A stretch of 64,000 bases of DNA from Synechococcus sp. (GTDB lineage: Bacteria > Cyanobacteriota > Cyanobacteriia > PCC-6307 > Cyanobiaceae), in NCBI GenBank assembly GCA_047284725.1, contig JBJBEO010000001.1, forward strand, positions 2,328,203-2,392,202, given 5' to 3'. The notes under the pieces were generated by a model. It was not told where the DNA came from, did no database searches, and saw only the letters and a program-made list of their open reading frames with translations. Within the stretch, counting starts at the first letter, position 1, and every line of letters begins with the position of its first letter. The translations under genes were made by a program, and so were the position numbers. Below, one piece after another: positions 24,648-36,130 of this stretch.

Positions 24648-25621
24648 CCCGCACGCCCTCAACGCCGACTGCTGCCGACCTGATCGATCTGCATCCCCCC
24701 GCCGCTGACATGCGACGTCTGGTGCGAGAAGGCCTCACCCGCCAGCCGAAACAGCTGCCGGCCTGGTTTCTTTACGACACCGATGGATCACGGTTGTTCG
24801 ATCAGATCTGCGAGCAACCGGAATACACCCTCACCCGAACAGAGATCGCCCTTCTGAACAGCCAGGCGACATCCATCGCCGCGGCCTTAGGCGCGGGAGT
24901 GATCGTTGAGTTCGGCGCCGGCAGCGCCCGCAAGGTCGGACCGTTGCTCTCCGCGCTACAGCCAGCCGCCTACGTGCCCCTGGACATCAGTACCGAACAC
25001 CTCCGCCAGGCGATCCAGACCCTGCAGCAGGATTATCCCCAGATACCAATGCTGGGAGTCTGCTGCGACCACAGCCAACTGGAGCGGTTGCCGGCCCATC
25101 CCCTTCTGAACGGCCAACGCAAGCTGGGCTTCTTCCCCGGCAGTTCTCTCGGAAATTTCAGTCGCACCGAGGCGGTGGGACTGCTATGCCGCTTCCGGCA
25201 CCTTTTGGACGGCGGGCCACTCTTGCTGGGACTCGACCATCCCAAGCCTGGCGCCACAATGGAGGCGGCCTACGACGATGCTGCCGGCGTTTCAGCGGCC
25301 TTTGCCCGTAATCTCTTGCACCGGCTGAATCGCGATCTTTCAGCGACTTTCAATCCAGACTCATTCCGTTATCAAGCCCAGTGGCAAGCCGATCACAGCC
25401 AGGTGGAAATGGCCCTGGTCAGTCATGGCCACCAGACCGTGACCATTGATCAACAACGTTGGGACTTCGAGGAGGGCGAGCCGTTGGTGACGGAGTACAG
25501 CATCAAATACAGCCCTGCCATGGCACAGGAGCTGGTGGCCGCCGCGGGTTGGCGATGGGTCCAACGCTGGCATGACCCGGACGACAGCCTCTCTCTACAC
25601 CTGCTGGAACCGGCAGACTGA
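24644..25621 (+). CDS. egtD: L-histidine N-alpha-trimethyltransferase EgtD
   Basis: YDxxGSRLFDQICEQPEY, EFGAGSARK, FPGSSLGNF, AYDDAAGV, TEYSIKY. ATGA overlap with egtB. Confidence 0.93.
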   Translation: MTRTPSTPTAADLIDLHPPAADMRRLVREGLTRQPKQLPAWFLYDTDGSRLFDQICEQPEYTLTRTEIALLNSQATSIAAALGAGVIVEFGAGSARKVGPLLSALQPAAYVPLDISTEHLRQAIQTLQQDYPQIPMLGVCCDHSQLERLPAHPLLNGQRKLGFFPGSSLGNFSRTEAVGLLCRFRHLLDGGPLLLGLDHPKPGATMEAAYDDAAGVSAAFARNLLHRLNRDLSATFNPDSFRYQAQWQADHSQVEMALVSHGHQTVTIDQQRWDFEEGEPLVTEYSIKYSPAMAQELVAAAGWRWVQRWHDPDDSLSLHLLEPAD

Positions 25622-25640
25622 CGGAAACGGGAACACCAGC

Positions 25641-25868
25641 ATGGGGCTCGAAGCACGGCGTCAAACGATCAAGGAACAACGGGAGCTGCTGATCGAAGAA
25701 CTCGAGACGGTGTACATGGCAGCGTTTGAACGCATCGGCCAGCTGGAGATGGGAGAAGGAGCTGTCGCCCGGCTCACCCAGCTGATGCTGCGGTCGCGGG
25801 AAGCAGCGATCACACCCTTGCAGGAGGAAATCGAAAAACCGGTCATCACCAGCCCAGGCCAGCCATGA
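25641..25868 (+). CDS. Small cyanobacterial egtBD-associated (hercynine metabolism) protein
   Basis: 75-aa helical ORF immediately after egtD. Confidence 0.75.
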   Translation: MGLEARRQTIKEQRELLIEELETVYMAAFERIGQLEMGEGAVARLTQLMLRSREAAITPLQEEIEKPVITSPGQP

Positions 25869-26344
25869 GCTGGCTCGACGAGCTCGAGCGCAGCCTCGAA
25901 CAACGCCTGGATGCCTTTCTCAAGGCCAATCCCCATCAGGACATCCTCCTCAGGGACCAGCACCTGCAGGATCGGCAGCGCAGCCTGGAGCAGCAGCGGC
26001 TCCAACTGCAGCACCAAGCCCACGATCTCCGCCGGCAACTGCTCAACCTCGCCGAAGAGGTGCGGAACTGGACCGCCCGCAGCGATCGAGCTCGCACAGC
26101 TGGAGCCCAGGAACTGGCGAAGCGGGCCGATCAGCACATTCAGGCACTGATGAACCAAGGGCGAGACCTCTGGACCGAGCTCAATGCTCTCGGCGCGACT
26201 TTTCAGACTGTGGAAGAGCAGCTCGACCAACTCATGACTTCAAATACGAGGCCCAGTCCCAGTCGAAACCTCGAGCAGGACTGGGCTTTGTTTGAAGCAC
26301 AACAAGAGCTTGACGAACTGAGACGACAACACGGCCTCAGCTGA
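25865..26344 (+). CDS. egtBD-associated coiled-coil (PspA-like) protein
   Basis: WLDELERSLEQRLDAFL...W..FE..QEL coiled coil, with ATGA overlap. Confidence 0.78.
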   Translation: MSWLDELERSLEQRLDAFLKANPHQDILLRDQHLQDRQRSLEQQRLQLQHQAHDLRRQLLNLAEEVRNWTARSDRARTAGAQELAKRADQHIQALMNQGRDLWTELNALGATFQTVEEQLDQLMTSNTRPSPSRNLEQDWALFEAQQELDELRRQHGLS

Positions 26345-26356
26345 TCCAGGCCAGTG

Positions 26357-26620
26357 TCAAGCCTTGGGAGCTGGGGGCTCGAGACTGACGTTTTCGGGCG
26401 GAGGGGTTGGATCGGGGTCAGCGATCAGCATGTGCTGCAGCACAATTTCGGGACGCTCACTATCCCTCCAGCGGATGCGATAGGCAGGCATTTTGGTGCC
26501 ACGGCTGGTGGTCTGCTCGACCGGCTCCATCACCCAACCCCGGCGCGAACGCCCCTGGGGATTGCGCTTGACCACCGCATCGGCGTGCTTGAAGCGGAAA
26601 CCTACGCGCTCACCACTCAT
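26357..26620 (-). CDS. Conserved hypothetical protein
   Basis: 87-aa ORF downstream of lysS with ATG start. Confidence 0.75.
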   Translation of the reverse strand: MSGERVGFRFKHADAVVKRNPQGRSRRGWVMEPVEQTTSRGTKMPAYRIRWRDSERPEIVLQHMLIADPDPTPPPENVSLEPPAPKA

Positions 26621-26648
26621 GGGAAGGGAACTAGTCCAGGAGACCTAA

Positions 26649-28160
26649 TTATCCATGTTGAGGGGGGCCGCTGTCATGACGGACCTCCGGACGCAGAAGC
26701 GGGAAGGCAATCACATCACGGATCGAGGGGCTGTCAGTCAGCAACATCACCAGGCGATCGATGCCGATCCCGAGTCCACCGGTGGGCGGCATCCCCACCT
26801 CCAGGGCTTGGATGAAATCCTCATCCACACCATGCGCTTCGAGGTCCCCAGCGGCCTTGCGCTGCTGCTGAGCTTCCAAACGTTGACGCTGATCCACCGG
26901 GTCAATGAGCTCACTGAAGGCATTGGCGTGCTCACGGCCGACGATGAACAGTTCAAAGCGCTCCACCAGTCCAGGCTTGCTGCGATGGGGCCGCGCCAGT
27001 GGCGAAATCTCCACCGGATAATCGATGACAAATGTGGGCTGGATCAAGGTTGATTCCACCGCCTGCTCAAACGCCTCGTTCAGAAGGCGACCGACGGAAT
27101 CTGCCAGTTCCGGAGCGTGCAGTCCCTTCGCCGCCATGGCTTCAGCAGCCTCGTCACGGCTGCTGAAGCTGTTGAAATCAAGACCCGTGGCATCCTGCAC
27201 CAGCTCGTGCATCGTGGCCCGTCGCCAGGGGGGCGTCAGATCGATCTCCGTGCCCTGATAGGTGATCTTGGTGCTGCCACATACCTCCTCACAGACAGCA
27301 CTCACCATCTGTTCGGTGAGATCCATCATCCCGAAATAATCGGTATGGGCCTGATAGACCTCCACCGTTGTGAATTCAGGGTTATGCCGTGTGCTGACCC
27401 CCTCATTGCGAAAGATGCGACCGAGTTCGTACACCCGCTCGAAACCACCAACCACCAATCGCTTCAGGTGCAGTTCGGTGGCGATCCGAAGGGTGAGGGG
27501 CAGATCGAGGGTGTTGTGATGGGTGTCGAAGGGTCGGGCATCGGCACCGCCAGGCTCACTCTGGAGAACAGGCGTCTCGATCTCGAGAAAATCGCGCTGA
27601 TCCAGCCAGCGGCGAATGCCACTCACCAGCAACGCTCTGCGCCGGAATGTTTCACGGGTGTCCGGGGACACGATCAGATCGAGATAACGCTGGCGGTAGC
27701 GCTTCTCCACATCCGCCAGGCCATGCCACTTGTCAGGCAGCGGCTGCAACGACTTGCTGAGCATGCGCCAGTCGCTCACCTTCACCGACAGTTCGCCGCG
27801 GTCAGTTCGGCGCAAGCTGCCGCTAACGCCGATCCAGTCACCAGCATCGACAAGCGACGTGATCTGCTTGAACCAGCCCTCCTGCTGGGCCTCGAGGCCG
27901 GCTTTCTCCAGAAACAGCTGAATCGTTCCGGTCTCATCAGCGAGGGTGAAGAACGCGAGCTTGCCCATGACCCTGCGGGTCATCACGCGGCCCGCCACAG
28001 ACACAGTCAGATCACGCTCTTCACCGTTGGGCAGGTCAGCATGGGTGACCTGCAAGGCCTCCATGCGATCGCTTGGTTCGAAGCCCAAGGCATAGGGGCC
28101 CTGTCCCAGCGCCTCAAGGGCCTTTGCCTTCTCTAGTCGGGTGTCGCGCAGCTCGGACAC
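26649..28160 (-). CDS. lysS: Lysine--tRNA ligase (class II)
   Basis: [47 protein letters not shown]. Probable GTG start at 28160. Confidence 0.97.
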   Translation of the reverse strand: MSELRDTRLEKAKALEALGQGPYALGFEPSDRMEALQVTHADLPNGEERDLTVSVAGRVMTRRVMGKLAFFTLADETGTIQLFLEKAGLEAQQEGWFKQITSLVDAGDWIGVSGSLRRTDRGELSVKVSDWRMLSKSLQPLPDKWHGLADVEKRYRQRYLDLIVSPDTRETFRRRALLVSGIRRWLDQRDFLEIETPVLQSEPGGADARPFDTHHNTLDLPLTLRIATELHLKRLVVGGFERVYELGRIFRNEGVSTRHNPEFTTVEVYQAHTDYFGMMDLTEQMVSAVCEEVCGSTKITYQGTEIDLTPPWRRATMHELVQDATGLDFNSFSSRDEAAEAMAAKGLHAPELADSVGRLLNEAFEQAVESTLIQPTFVIDYPVEISPLARPHRSKPGLVERFELFIVGREHANAFSELIDPVDQRQRLEAQQQRKAAGDLEAHGVDEDFIQALEVGMPPTGGLGIGIDRLVMLLTDSPSIRDVIAFPLLRPEVRHDSGPPQHG

Positions 28161-28197
28161 AGCAATGCAATCAGTGGGCGCCATCCTGCCCGACGGC

Positions 28198-29010
28198 TTA
28201 CCCGTTGGCTGCCGCCTGGGGAAGATCACCCGTGCGCTGGGAGGCATAACCAATGCCCCGCACCGTCAGAATCAACTCGGGATTACGAGGATCGGGCTCG
28301 AGCTTGCCGCGCAAGCGAGCGACGTAAACATCCACGACACGCAAATCAGCAGCACGGCGCGGGGGGTAACCCCAGAGTTGCTCAAGAATCTCAGCTCTGG
28401 GCACCACCCTTCCGGGTTCGCGGAACAGGAGTTCCAGAAGGCTGAATTCGGTGTAGGTGAGGGAGATGCGCTCTGTTCCCCGGGTCACCTGACGACGATT
28501 GGTGTCGACCACCAGATCTCCCACCCGGAGCACGCCCTGGCCCACCGGAATCTCGCGGGGCTCGGCAGTTGCCGACCCCCGACCGACCCGACGCAGGATG
28601 GACGCGATCCGTGCTTCCAGTTCCTTGGGACTGAAGGGCTTGGGCAGATAGTCGTCAGCACCCAGATCGAGGCCAGCCACCCGCTCGGAGATTGCTTCCA
28701 ACGCCGATAAGAAGATGATCGGGACACAGGATTCAGCCCGCAGCCGGCGACAGACAGCAAAGCCATCCATCTTGGGAAGCATCACATCGAGCACCACAAG
28801 ATCCGGTGACTCGCGATGGAATTCCTCCAAGGCCTGCTCGCCGTCTTCAGCGCAGATCACCCGATATCCAGCCAACTGCAGCCGCATCACAAGCACACGT
28901 CGAACCGCAGGCTCGTCATCGACCACCAGGATTGTGGCCTTGGGCGAGTCGGGAGGCGCAACATCCCGGCCTTCGCTGCTATTCGGGCTGGGTGACCCGA
29001 TGTCGGGCAT
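28198..29010 (-). CDS. OmpR-family response regulator, RpaB/SrrA-like
   Basis: [61 protein letters not shown]. Confidence 0.92.
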   Translation of the reverse strand: MPDIGSPSPNSSEGRDVAPPDSPKATILVVDDEPAVRRVLVMRLQLAGYRVICAEDGEQALEEFHRESPDLVVLDVMLPKMDGFAVCRRLRAESCVPIIFLSALEAISERVAGLDLGADDYLPKPFSPKELEARIASILRRVGRGSATAEPREIPVGQGVLRVGDLVVDTNRRQVTRGTERISLTYTEFSLLELLFREPGRVVPRAEILEQLWGYPPRRAADLRVVDVYVARLRGKLEPDPRNPELILTVRGIGYASQRTGDLPQAAANG

Positions 29011-29102
29011 GCGACCGCGAAGTTGAAGAAACGCAACCTTACCGCTCAGCGAAGGAAAACCCCGTGGAAGGGCGCGGCCTGTGCTCCATGCTTTGGCTTC
29101 TC

Positions 29103-30434
29103 TTAAGGATTGGGCCAGCGGCCTTCCGCATAGCGATTCCATTGGAGCGCAGCCTCATTGACGGCCTGATCACTGCTGATCTGGCCGAGCATCGCCCGCT
29201 GCAACTGGGTGTAGATGATGCTCTGCAACCGCTTGATCCCAGGCGTGGAAGGCACCAGTACCCGGGAACGTTCCAGGGTGGAGAGCGACAACAGTCGCGC
29301 CTCATGAATCTGACGCGATGAGGCATCAACCGGACGCTCTTCCTCCAGCCGGGACCGAACCCGATCAAGGGCTTCCAGGGATGACGGCAACACCGACGCC
29401 TCCTGCACAAAGCGAGCTTGATTCTGACCATTGGTGAGAAAGAGCGCCAGGGCCAAGGCCTCCCGGGGCCGGGCGCTCTGGCGCGGCACTGCCAGTGTCA
29501 TCAAAGCCACATTGGCGGTGCCATCCGCACCGGTGAGGGGGCCATAGGCCCAGGTGGCTGCAGCCACCTGGGGCGCATTGGTCTGGATACTGCGCAGGAA
29601 CTCCGGCCCCTTGGCCAACAGCGCAAGATCACCACTCTGGAATAACTCCACAGCCCTGCTCTGCCCCTGACTCACCACTTCCCTGGGGAGCAGACCCTGA
29701 CGGTAAAGATCCACCCAGAAAGCAAAGGCTCGGCGTCCCTCCGGCGTGGTGAAACCGGCCCGTTGATGCTCATCAAGAAGGGTCACCCCCATCTGCACCA
29801 ACGACTCCAGCAACTCCGCCGAGTCGTCTGGCACCACAGTGACAAAGAGGGCATAACGCCCGGTTTTGGCACGGATCGCACGGGCAAAGGCAGGTACCTC
29901 CTCCCAGCGCTGCGGCGGCCCCTGCAGACCCGCCTGGCGCACGAGGTCCTGATTCACCAGGCTCAAGCGAACGGTGAGATACCAGGGCACAGCGATCTGA
30001 CCCGCCTGAGGGTCGTGGCCTGCCTGCCAAACCGATGGCAAATAGCGTGCTGCAGCCCCCTCTGGCAACAGCGGCGTCAGATCAGTGAGGCCTCCCTTGC
30101 TGGCGAGATTGGCGGCAAAGGGGGGGTTGAGATTCACCACATCGGGAGCCGTGCGAGCGAACACGGCCGCCAGCAACTTGCGCTCCACCGAACCCCATGG
30201 CAGATCGGTCCACCGGACCGATGCCTGTGGATGCTTCCCCTGCCAGGCATCGATCACCCCACCCATGTAACCGTTGAACTTCGGTGCCAACTGCAGGGTC
30301 CAGAGCTGCAGGGGCTGATCACTGCGAGGTTGAGGGCGACAGCCGGCCGCCATCAGGGTGCAACCAGCCAGCACAAGCGCCGTGAGCGAGCGGCGCGGAC
30401 GCCAGCGAGGTTTGAAACGGAAATCCCTGGTCAT
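29103..30434 (-). CDS. Sugar-type ABC transporter substrate-binding lipoprotein
   Basis: Lipobox MAAGC, WTLQLAPKF, PDVVNLNP. ATG overlaps the mreD stop. Confidence 0.88.
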   Translation of the reverse strand: MTRDFRFKPRWRPRRSLTALVLAGCTLMAAGCRPQPRSDQPLQLWTLQLAPKFNGYMGGVIDAWQGKHPQASVRWTDLPWGSVERKLLAAVFARTAPDVVNLNPPFAANLASKGGLTDLTPLLPEGAAARYLPSVWQAGHDPQAGQIAVPWYLTVRLSLVNQDLVRQAGLQGPPQRWEEVPAFARAIRAKTGRYALFVTVVPDDSAELLESLVQMGVTLLDEHQRAGFTTPEGRRAFAFWVDLYRQGLLPREVVSQGQSRAVELFQSGDLALLAKGPEFLRSIQTNAPQVAAATWAYGPLTGADGTANVALMTLAVPRQSARPREALALALFLTNGQNQARFVQEASVLPSSLEALDRVRSRLEEERPVDASSRQIHEARLLSLSTLERSRVLVPSTPGIKRLQSIIYTQLQRAMLGQISSDQAVNEAALQWNRYAEGRWPNP

Positions 30435-30937
30435 GCGGGTGAGCGGCGGCGCCACACCAGCAGCTGCCAAGAAACGATCATCGGCGCCAGCAGACCTGTG
30501 ATCAAGGCCTGCGTCAGGCAGAGATGCCAAGCCCAGTGCTGCAGGACGGAATCATCGAGCCCCTGCACCAGCCGCACCTGCAACCACAGGCTGACGCCCA
30601 CCACCATCGCCCCGATCCAAGCCAGCAGACCAAGATTGAGGCTGCGCTGAATCGGCAGCCCCCTGCGTCCCAACCGACCAAACCACCAGCCCAGCACCGT
30701 CAGGGCCGGCAACAACGTCAGCCCATCACCCCCCAGCCCATCCTGCACCAAAGCAAGGGCTGCACCCGCGATTGATCCCGACACCGGTCCATCCACCAAC
30801 GCCCAGGGGAGCAGCCACAAAACCGCCCAGTTCGGGGCCACACCCGACAGGGTCAACCAGGGGGGCTGAGCCAGGCTCAGCAGCGGCACCAACAACGCGG
30901 AAGCGACACAGATCGGCTGGGTATGCAAGCGAGCCAT
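30431..30937 (-). CDS. mreD: Rod shape-determining protein MreD
   Basis: Hydrophobic 168-aa ORF directly after mreC. Confidence 0.88.
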   Translation of the reverse strand: MARLHTQPICVASALLVPLLSLAQPPWLTLSGVAPNWAVLWLLPWALVDGPVSGSIAGAALALVQDGLGGDGLTLLPALTVLGWWFGRLGRRGLPIQRSLNLGLLAWIGAMVVGVSLWLQVRLVQGLDDSVLQHWAWHLCLTQALITGLLAPMIVSWQLLVWRRRSPA

Positions 30938-31680
30938 CAGCGGGTCTGCACTTGAACCCAGTCGACCGCTTCAGGAGCAGCGATCAATTGCACAAAGCCT
31001 TCCGGCGCAGGCACGGCACGGCTGTCGAGGGTCTGGATCACCGCCACCGGCAGATTGGGGGGCAACAGGGTGCTGGCAGGGGACGTGCTGACCAGATCCC
31101 CAGGCCGAGCATCGATGTCTTTATCGATAAAACGCAGCTGCGGTCGAGCGGTACCCACCCCCACCAACAGGGCGTGCTGGCGGGTGCGAGGGACCCAGAC
31201 GCCGATCTGACTACCGGGAGCTGTCAGCAACTTCACCCGCGCTGTGGAGGGCGTGACGCTTTGAATCCTGCCGATCAGACCGCCGGGGCCGATCACGGCA
31301 TCTCCTGGAGCCAAGCCGGCAACAGAACCCTGGCCCAACTCAAGTTGCTGCCACCAAGCCGCGGAGTTGCGTGAAATCACCGCTGCTGGCACCTGGCCAT
31401 CGCTCGAACCCTGTTTGAGCTCGAGCAACTGCCTCAGCCGCTTGTTGTCTTGCTGAAGCAGCTCCAACTGAGCTTTGTTCTCCAGCGTTGCAGCCGACTG
31501 CAACCATTCGTTCTGGGCTGATCCAGGCCAGAAGGGGCGGCTGAGCAAGGCGTAGGCATCCAAAAAACCCGCACCTTTGCTCCAGCGCACAAGAGCCAGC
31601 AATGCCAGCAGACCAAGCCACGGCCAGACGCTGCGCCCCCCCCGCCAACGGGGCCCTGCCGGCCACTGGGAGGAGCCCAT
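30937..31680 (-). CDS. mreC: Rod shape-determining protein MreC
   Basis: TM helix, coiled coil, AAVISR, GLIGRI, GDLVSTS. Confidence 0.92.
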   Translation of the reverse strand: MGSSQWPAGPRWRGGRSVWPWLGLLALLALVRWSKGAGFLDAYALLSRPFWPGSAQNEWLQSAATLENKAQLELLQQDNKRLRQLLELKQGSSDGQVPAAVISRNSAAWWQQLELGQGSVAGLAPGDAVIGPGGLIGRIQSVTPSTARVKLLTAPGSQIGVWVPRTRQHALLVGVGTARPQLRFIDKDIDARPGDLVSTSPASTLLPPNLPVAVIQTLDSRAVPAPEGFVQLIAAPEAVDWVQVQTR

Positions 31681-31684
31681 CGGA

Positions 31685-32737
31685 TCAGGCCGTCACGGTA
31701 TTGCGGACGTATTCAGGGGTATCGAGCACACGCTGCAGACGTTTGTAATCCTCGAGGACCTGACCGCAGCCGTTGACAACACAGAGCAGTGGATCCTCGG
31801 CGATGTGAGTGAAGATGCCGGTCTCGTGGCTGATCAGATCACTGATGCCACGCACAAGGGCACCACCGCCGGCCAGCATGATGCCGCGATCAACGATGTC
31901 GGCGGCGAGTTCAGGCGGCGTGCGCTCGAGGGTGCGCTTGACGGCCTCAACGATGACGTTGAGGGGTTCGGCGATGGCCTCACGCAGATCACCAGCCTGG
32001 AGCTGAATGGTGCGAGGCAATCCGGACAGCAGGTGCAGACCGCGGACATCCATCACCGTCTGATCAAACTCGTTGTCAGGAAAAGCGGAACCGATGCGGA
32101 TCTTGATCTCCTCTGCGGTGCGCTCACCCACCACCAGGTTGTGCACCTTCTTGAGATACACGCCGATCGCATCACTGATCTCATCACCCGCCACACGAAC
32201 GGACTCACTCAACACGGTTCCACCCAGGCTGAGCACCGCCACTTCCGTCGTGCCACCACCGATGTCCACAATCATGGTCCCCACGGGTTCGGTCACAGGC
32301 AGACCGGCACCGATGGCAGCGGCCACCGGCTCGTCGATCAGATGCACTTCCCGTGCACCGGCCAGACCCGCTTCCCGCACGGCGCGGCGCTCAACACCGG
32401 TGACCCCGCTGGGAATCCCCACCACCAATCGAGGGGCGACGATGCCGCGGCCTTCATTACCCTTCTGAATGAAGGTCTTGAGCATCTGCTCTGCTGCATC
32501 AAAATCGGCGATGACGCCATCGCGCAGAGGGCGCACAGCTTTGATGTTGCCTGGAGTACGACCAAGCATCAACTTGGCTTCATCTCCCACAGCGAGGGGC
32601 AGATTCCGCTCAAGGTCGAGGGCAACCACCGAAGGCTCCTGAAGCACGATGCCGCGACCGGATACGTAAATCAGAGTGTTGGCCGTGCCCAGGTCGATGC
32701 CGATGTCGCGGGACAGCTGGAAACGCCGAAAAAGCAC
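31685..32737 (-). CDS. mreB: Rod shape-determining protein MreB
   Basis: GIDLGTANT, RPLRDGVIADF, VDIGGGTTE, LAGGGAL. Probable GTG start. Confidence 0.97.
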   Translation of the reverse strand: MLFRRFQLSRDIGIDLGTANTLIYVSGRGIVLQEPSVVALDLERNLPLAVGDEAKLMLGRTPGNIKAVRPLRDGVIADFDAAEQMLKTFIQKGNEGRGIVAPRLVVGIPSGVTGVERRAVREAGLAGAREVHLIDEPVAAAIGAGLPVTEPVGTMIVDIGGGTTEVAVLSLGGTVLSESVRVAGDEISDAIGVYLKKVHNLVVGERTAEEIKIRIGSAFPDNEFDQTVMDVRGLHLLSGLPRTIQLQAGDLREAIAEPLNVIVEAVKRTLERTPPELAADIVDRGIMLAGGGALVRGISDLISHETGIFTHIAEDPLLCVVNGCGQVLEDYKRLQRVLDTPEYVRNTVTA

Positions 32738-32884
32738 GGATGAAGGCTCAGATCGGCGAATCATAGGGGTGTTGGCAACACCTTTCTGGGACCGTTTTGA
32801 GACATCCGGACAGGAGGGTGGAACTCCTTAAAAGCAGCCACGAAAGCCGTGGCGCATCATTGATCAACGCAGAGGAGGAAATCC

Positions 32885-33268
32885 ATGGGCGTCAATTCCG
32901 TCACCCTGGTAGGCCGAGCAGGCCGCGACCCCGAAGTTCGTTACTTCGAATCCGGCAGCATGGTGGCCAATCTCACCATGGCCGTGAACCGCCGCAGCCG
33001 CGACGACGAGCCGGATTGGTTCAACCTGGAAATCTGGGGTAAACAGGCGCAGGTGGCCGCCGACTACGTCAAGAAAGGATCCCTGCTGGGCATCATCGGC
33101 AGCTTCAAGCTTGACCGCTGGACTGACCGCAACAGCGGCGAGGAACGGACCAAACCTGTGGTTCGTGTCGACCGTCTGGAGCTCCTGGGCTCCAAGCGAG
33201 ACAACGAAGCCGGTGGTGGCTTCGGCGGTGGGGGCGGCAGCCCCAGCGACGAAGAAGTGCCGTTCTGA
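32885..33268 (+). CDS. ssb: Single-stranded DNA-binding protein
   Basis: NSVTLVGRAGRDPEVRY, acidic tail DEEVPF. Confidence 0.97.
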   Translation: MGVNSVTLVGRAGRDPEVRYFESGSMVANLTMAVNRRSRDDEPDWFNLEIWGKQAQVAADYVKKGSLLGIIGSFKLDRWTDRNSGEERTKPVVRVDRLELLGSKRDNEAGGGFGGGGGSPSDEEVPF

Positions 33269-33272
33269 CGTC

Positions 33273-33932
33273 TCAGTCTGCGGACTGGCGACGGCGCCAG
33301 ATCCGCAGACCCAGCCAAAGGCTGCCAGCAACCAAGGCAATCCCGAGCACGACCTTGATGGCCTTCGAAACCGGATCGATCCAGATCTCCACACTGCTGT
33401 AGCTCTCACCCAGCAGCAGGCCAGCCAGGGTGAGAAGCAACGTCCAGATCAGGCTGCCGGCCGTGGTCCAGATCAAAAAGGGGAGCATCGGCATCATTTC
33501 GATGCCCGCAGGAACAGAAATCAGGGTGCGAATGCCCGGCACCAGACGCCCCCAGAACACCAACGCCGTACCGAACCGATTGAACCAGCTGCGGCTACGG
33601 CCCAACTCGGCCGGGCTGATGCCGATCCAGCGGCCATGGCGCTCAAGCCACTGTTCAATGCGTTCTTCATTGATCACCCGCCCGATGCCATACCAGGGGA
33701 GGGCACCGAGCACCGTGCCCAGCAGGCCGGCCAGCACGACTGGAACAAACTGCAGCTGGCCCTGATGCACCAGAAACCCCCCCAGGGGCATGATCAGCTC
33801 AGAAGGGATCGGTGGGAAGAGATTCTCCAGGAACATGGCCGCAAAGATGGCGCCATATCCGGCCAGGGGATTCACTGCCACCGCGTCCTTGATCAACTCG
33901 GGCAGCTGGGTGATCAGTTCCGACAGTCCCAT
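33273..33932 (-). CDS. DedA family membrane protein
   Basis: ENLFPPIPSE, GRLVPGIRTLISVPAG. Confidence 0.93.
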   Translation of the reverse strand: MGLSELITQLPELIKDAVAVNPLAGYGAIFAAMFLENLFPPIPSELIMPLGGFLVHQGQLQFVPVVLAGLLGTVLGALPWYGIGRVINEERIEQWLERHGRWIGISPAELGRSRSWFNRFGTALVFWGRLVPGIRTLISVPAGIEMMPMLPFLIWTTAGSLIWTLLLTLAGLLLGESYSSVEIWIDPVSKAIKVVLGIALVAGSLWLGLRIWRRRQSAD

Positions 33933-33972
33933 GGAGAGCCGTAAGGGAGTCGTCAGTGTTTCACAGGCCTAC

Positions 33973-34000
33973 AAAAAGCCAGGCCGCTCAGCGACCTGGC
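33973..34000 (-). terminator. Intrinsic terminator after ahcY
   Basis: GCCAGG...CCTGGC hairpin plus U5 on the minus strand. Confidence 0.7.
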
Positions 34001-34049
34001 CATCCTCGAGCGCGCATGAACAGAGCCCTACGAGCCGATCAGGACATGA

Positions 34050-35480
<1,431 letters not shown>

Positions 35481-35506
35481 GATGAATAAAGCTCCCTGGG
35501 GAGAAC

Positions 35507-36022
35507 GTGAACGGAAATCTCTGCAGAGTCGCCGAGGCTTCGGGCTCGCCAGGAGGCCAATCTACAGAGAGCCGTTGGGTACTCGAGAACCTGGCGGCCA
35601 CCCATCGACTTGGGCAAACCCTGGCCAGGCGACTGCCTGCAGGAGCCGTGCTGTTACTGAGAGGCGAGCTGGGGGCAGGCAAAACGTCGCTGGTGCAAGG
35701 CCTTGCCCAGGCCATGGACATCCATGAGCCGATCACCAGCCCCACCTTTGCCCTGGCACAGCATTACCCCGAGGGAGAACCCGCGTTGGTGCATCTCGAC
35801 CTCTATCGGCTGGAACGTCCCGAAGCCGCCGATGATCTTTTCCTGCAGGAGGAAGAGGAAGCCAAAACCGTGAATGCCCTGCTCGTGGTCGAGTGGCCGG
35901 AACGCCTGAGCCTGAAACTGACGGATGCCTGGAACCTGAGGCTGGAGCATCTCCCCTCCGATCAAGGACGGATCGCGACTCTGCAGACACCCATGCAGGG
36001 CAGACAAGCACCCCTGATCTGA
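35507..36022 (+). CDS. tsaE: tRNA t6A biosynthesis ATPase TsaE (start uncertain)
   Basis: [24 protein letters not shown]. Confidence 0.93.
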   Translation: MNGNLCRVAEASGSPGGQSTESRWVLENLAATHRLGQTLARRLPAGAVLLLRGELGAGKTSLVQGLAQAMDIHEPITSPTFALAQHYPEGEPALVHLDLYRLERPEAADDLFLQEEEEAKTVNALLVVEWPERLSLKLTDAWNLRLEHLPSDQGRIATLQTPMQGRQAPLI

Positions 36023-36130
36023 TCGAGGACCGCACGCACTCCAGCGGGGCGACACACGCCCAAACCAGCCACGCCAATTCCTCATAAAATACAACTTAAA
36101 AACCAGCCCAATCAGAAGCCAATCAACACC

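Noticed and set aside
35481..35570. Possible SAH riboswitch upstream of ahcY
   Set aside because: The SAH consensus elements (GAGGAGCG...CAGGCUC) were not found, and the region overlaps the tsaE start.
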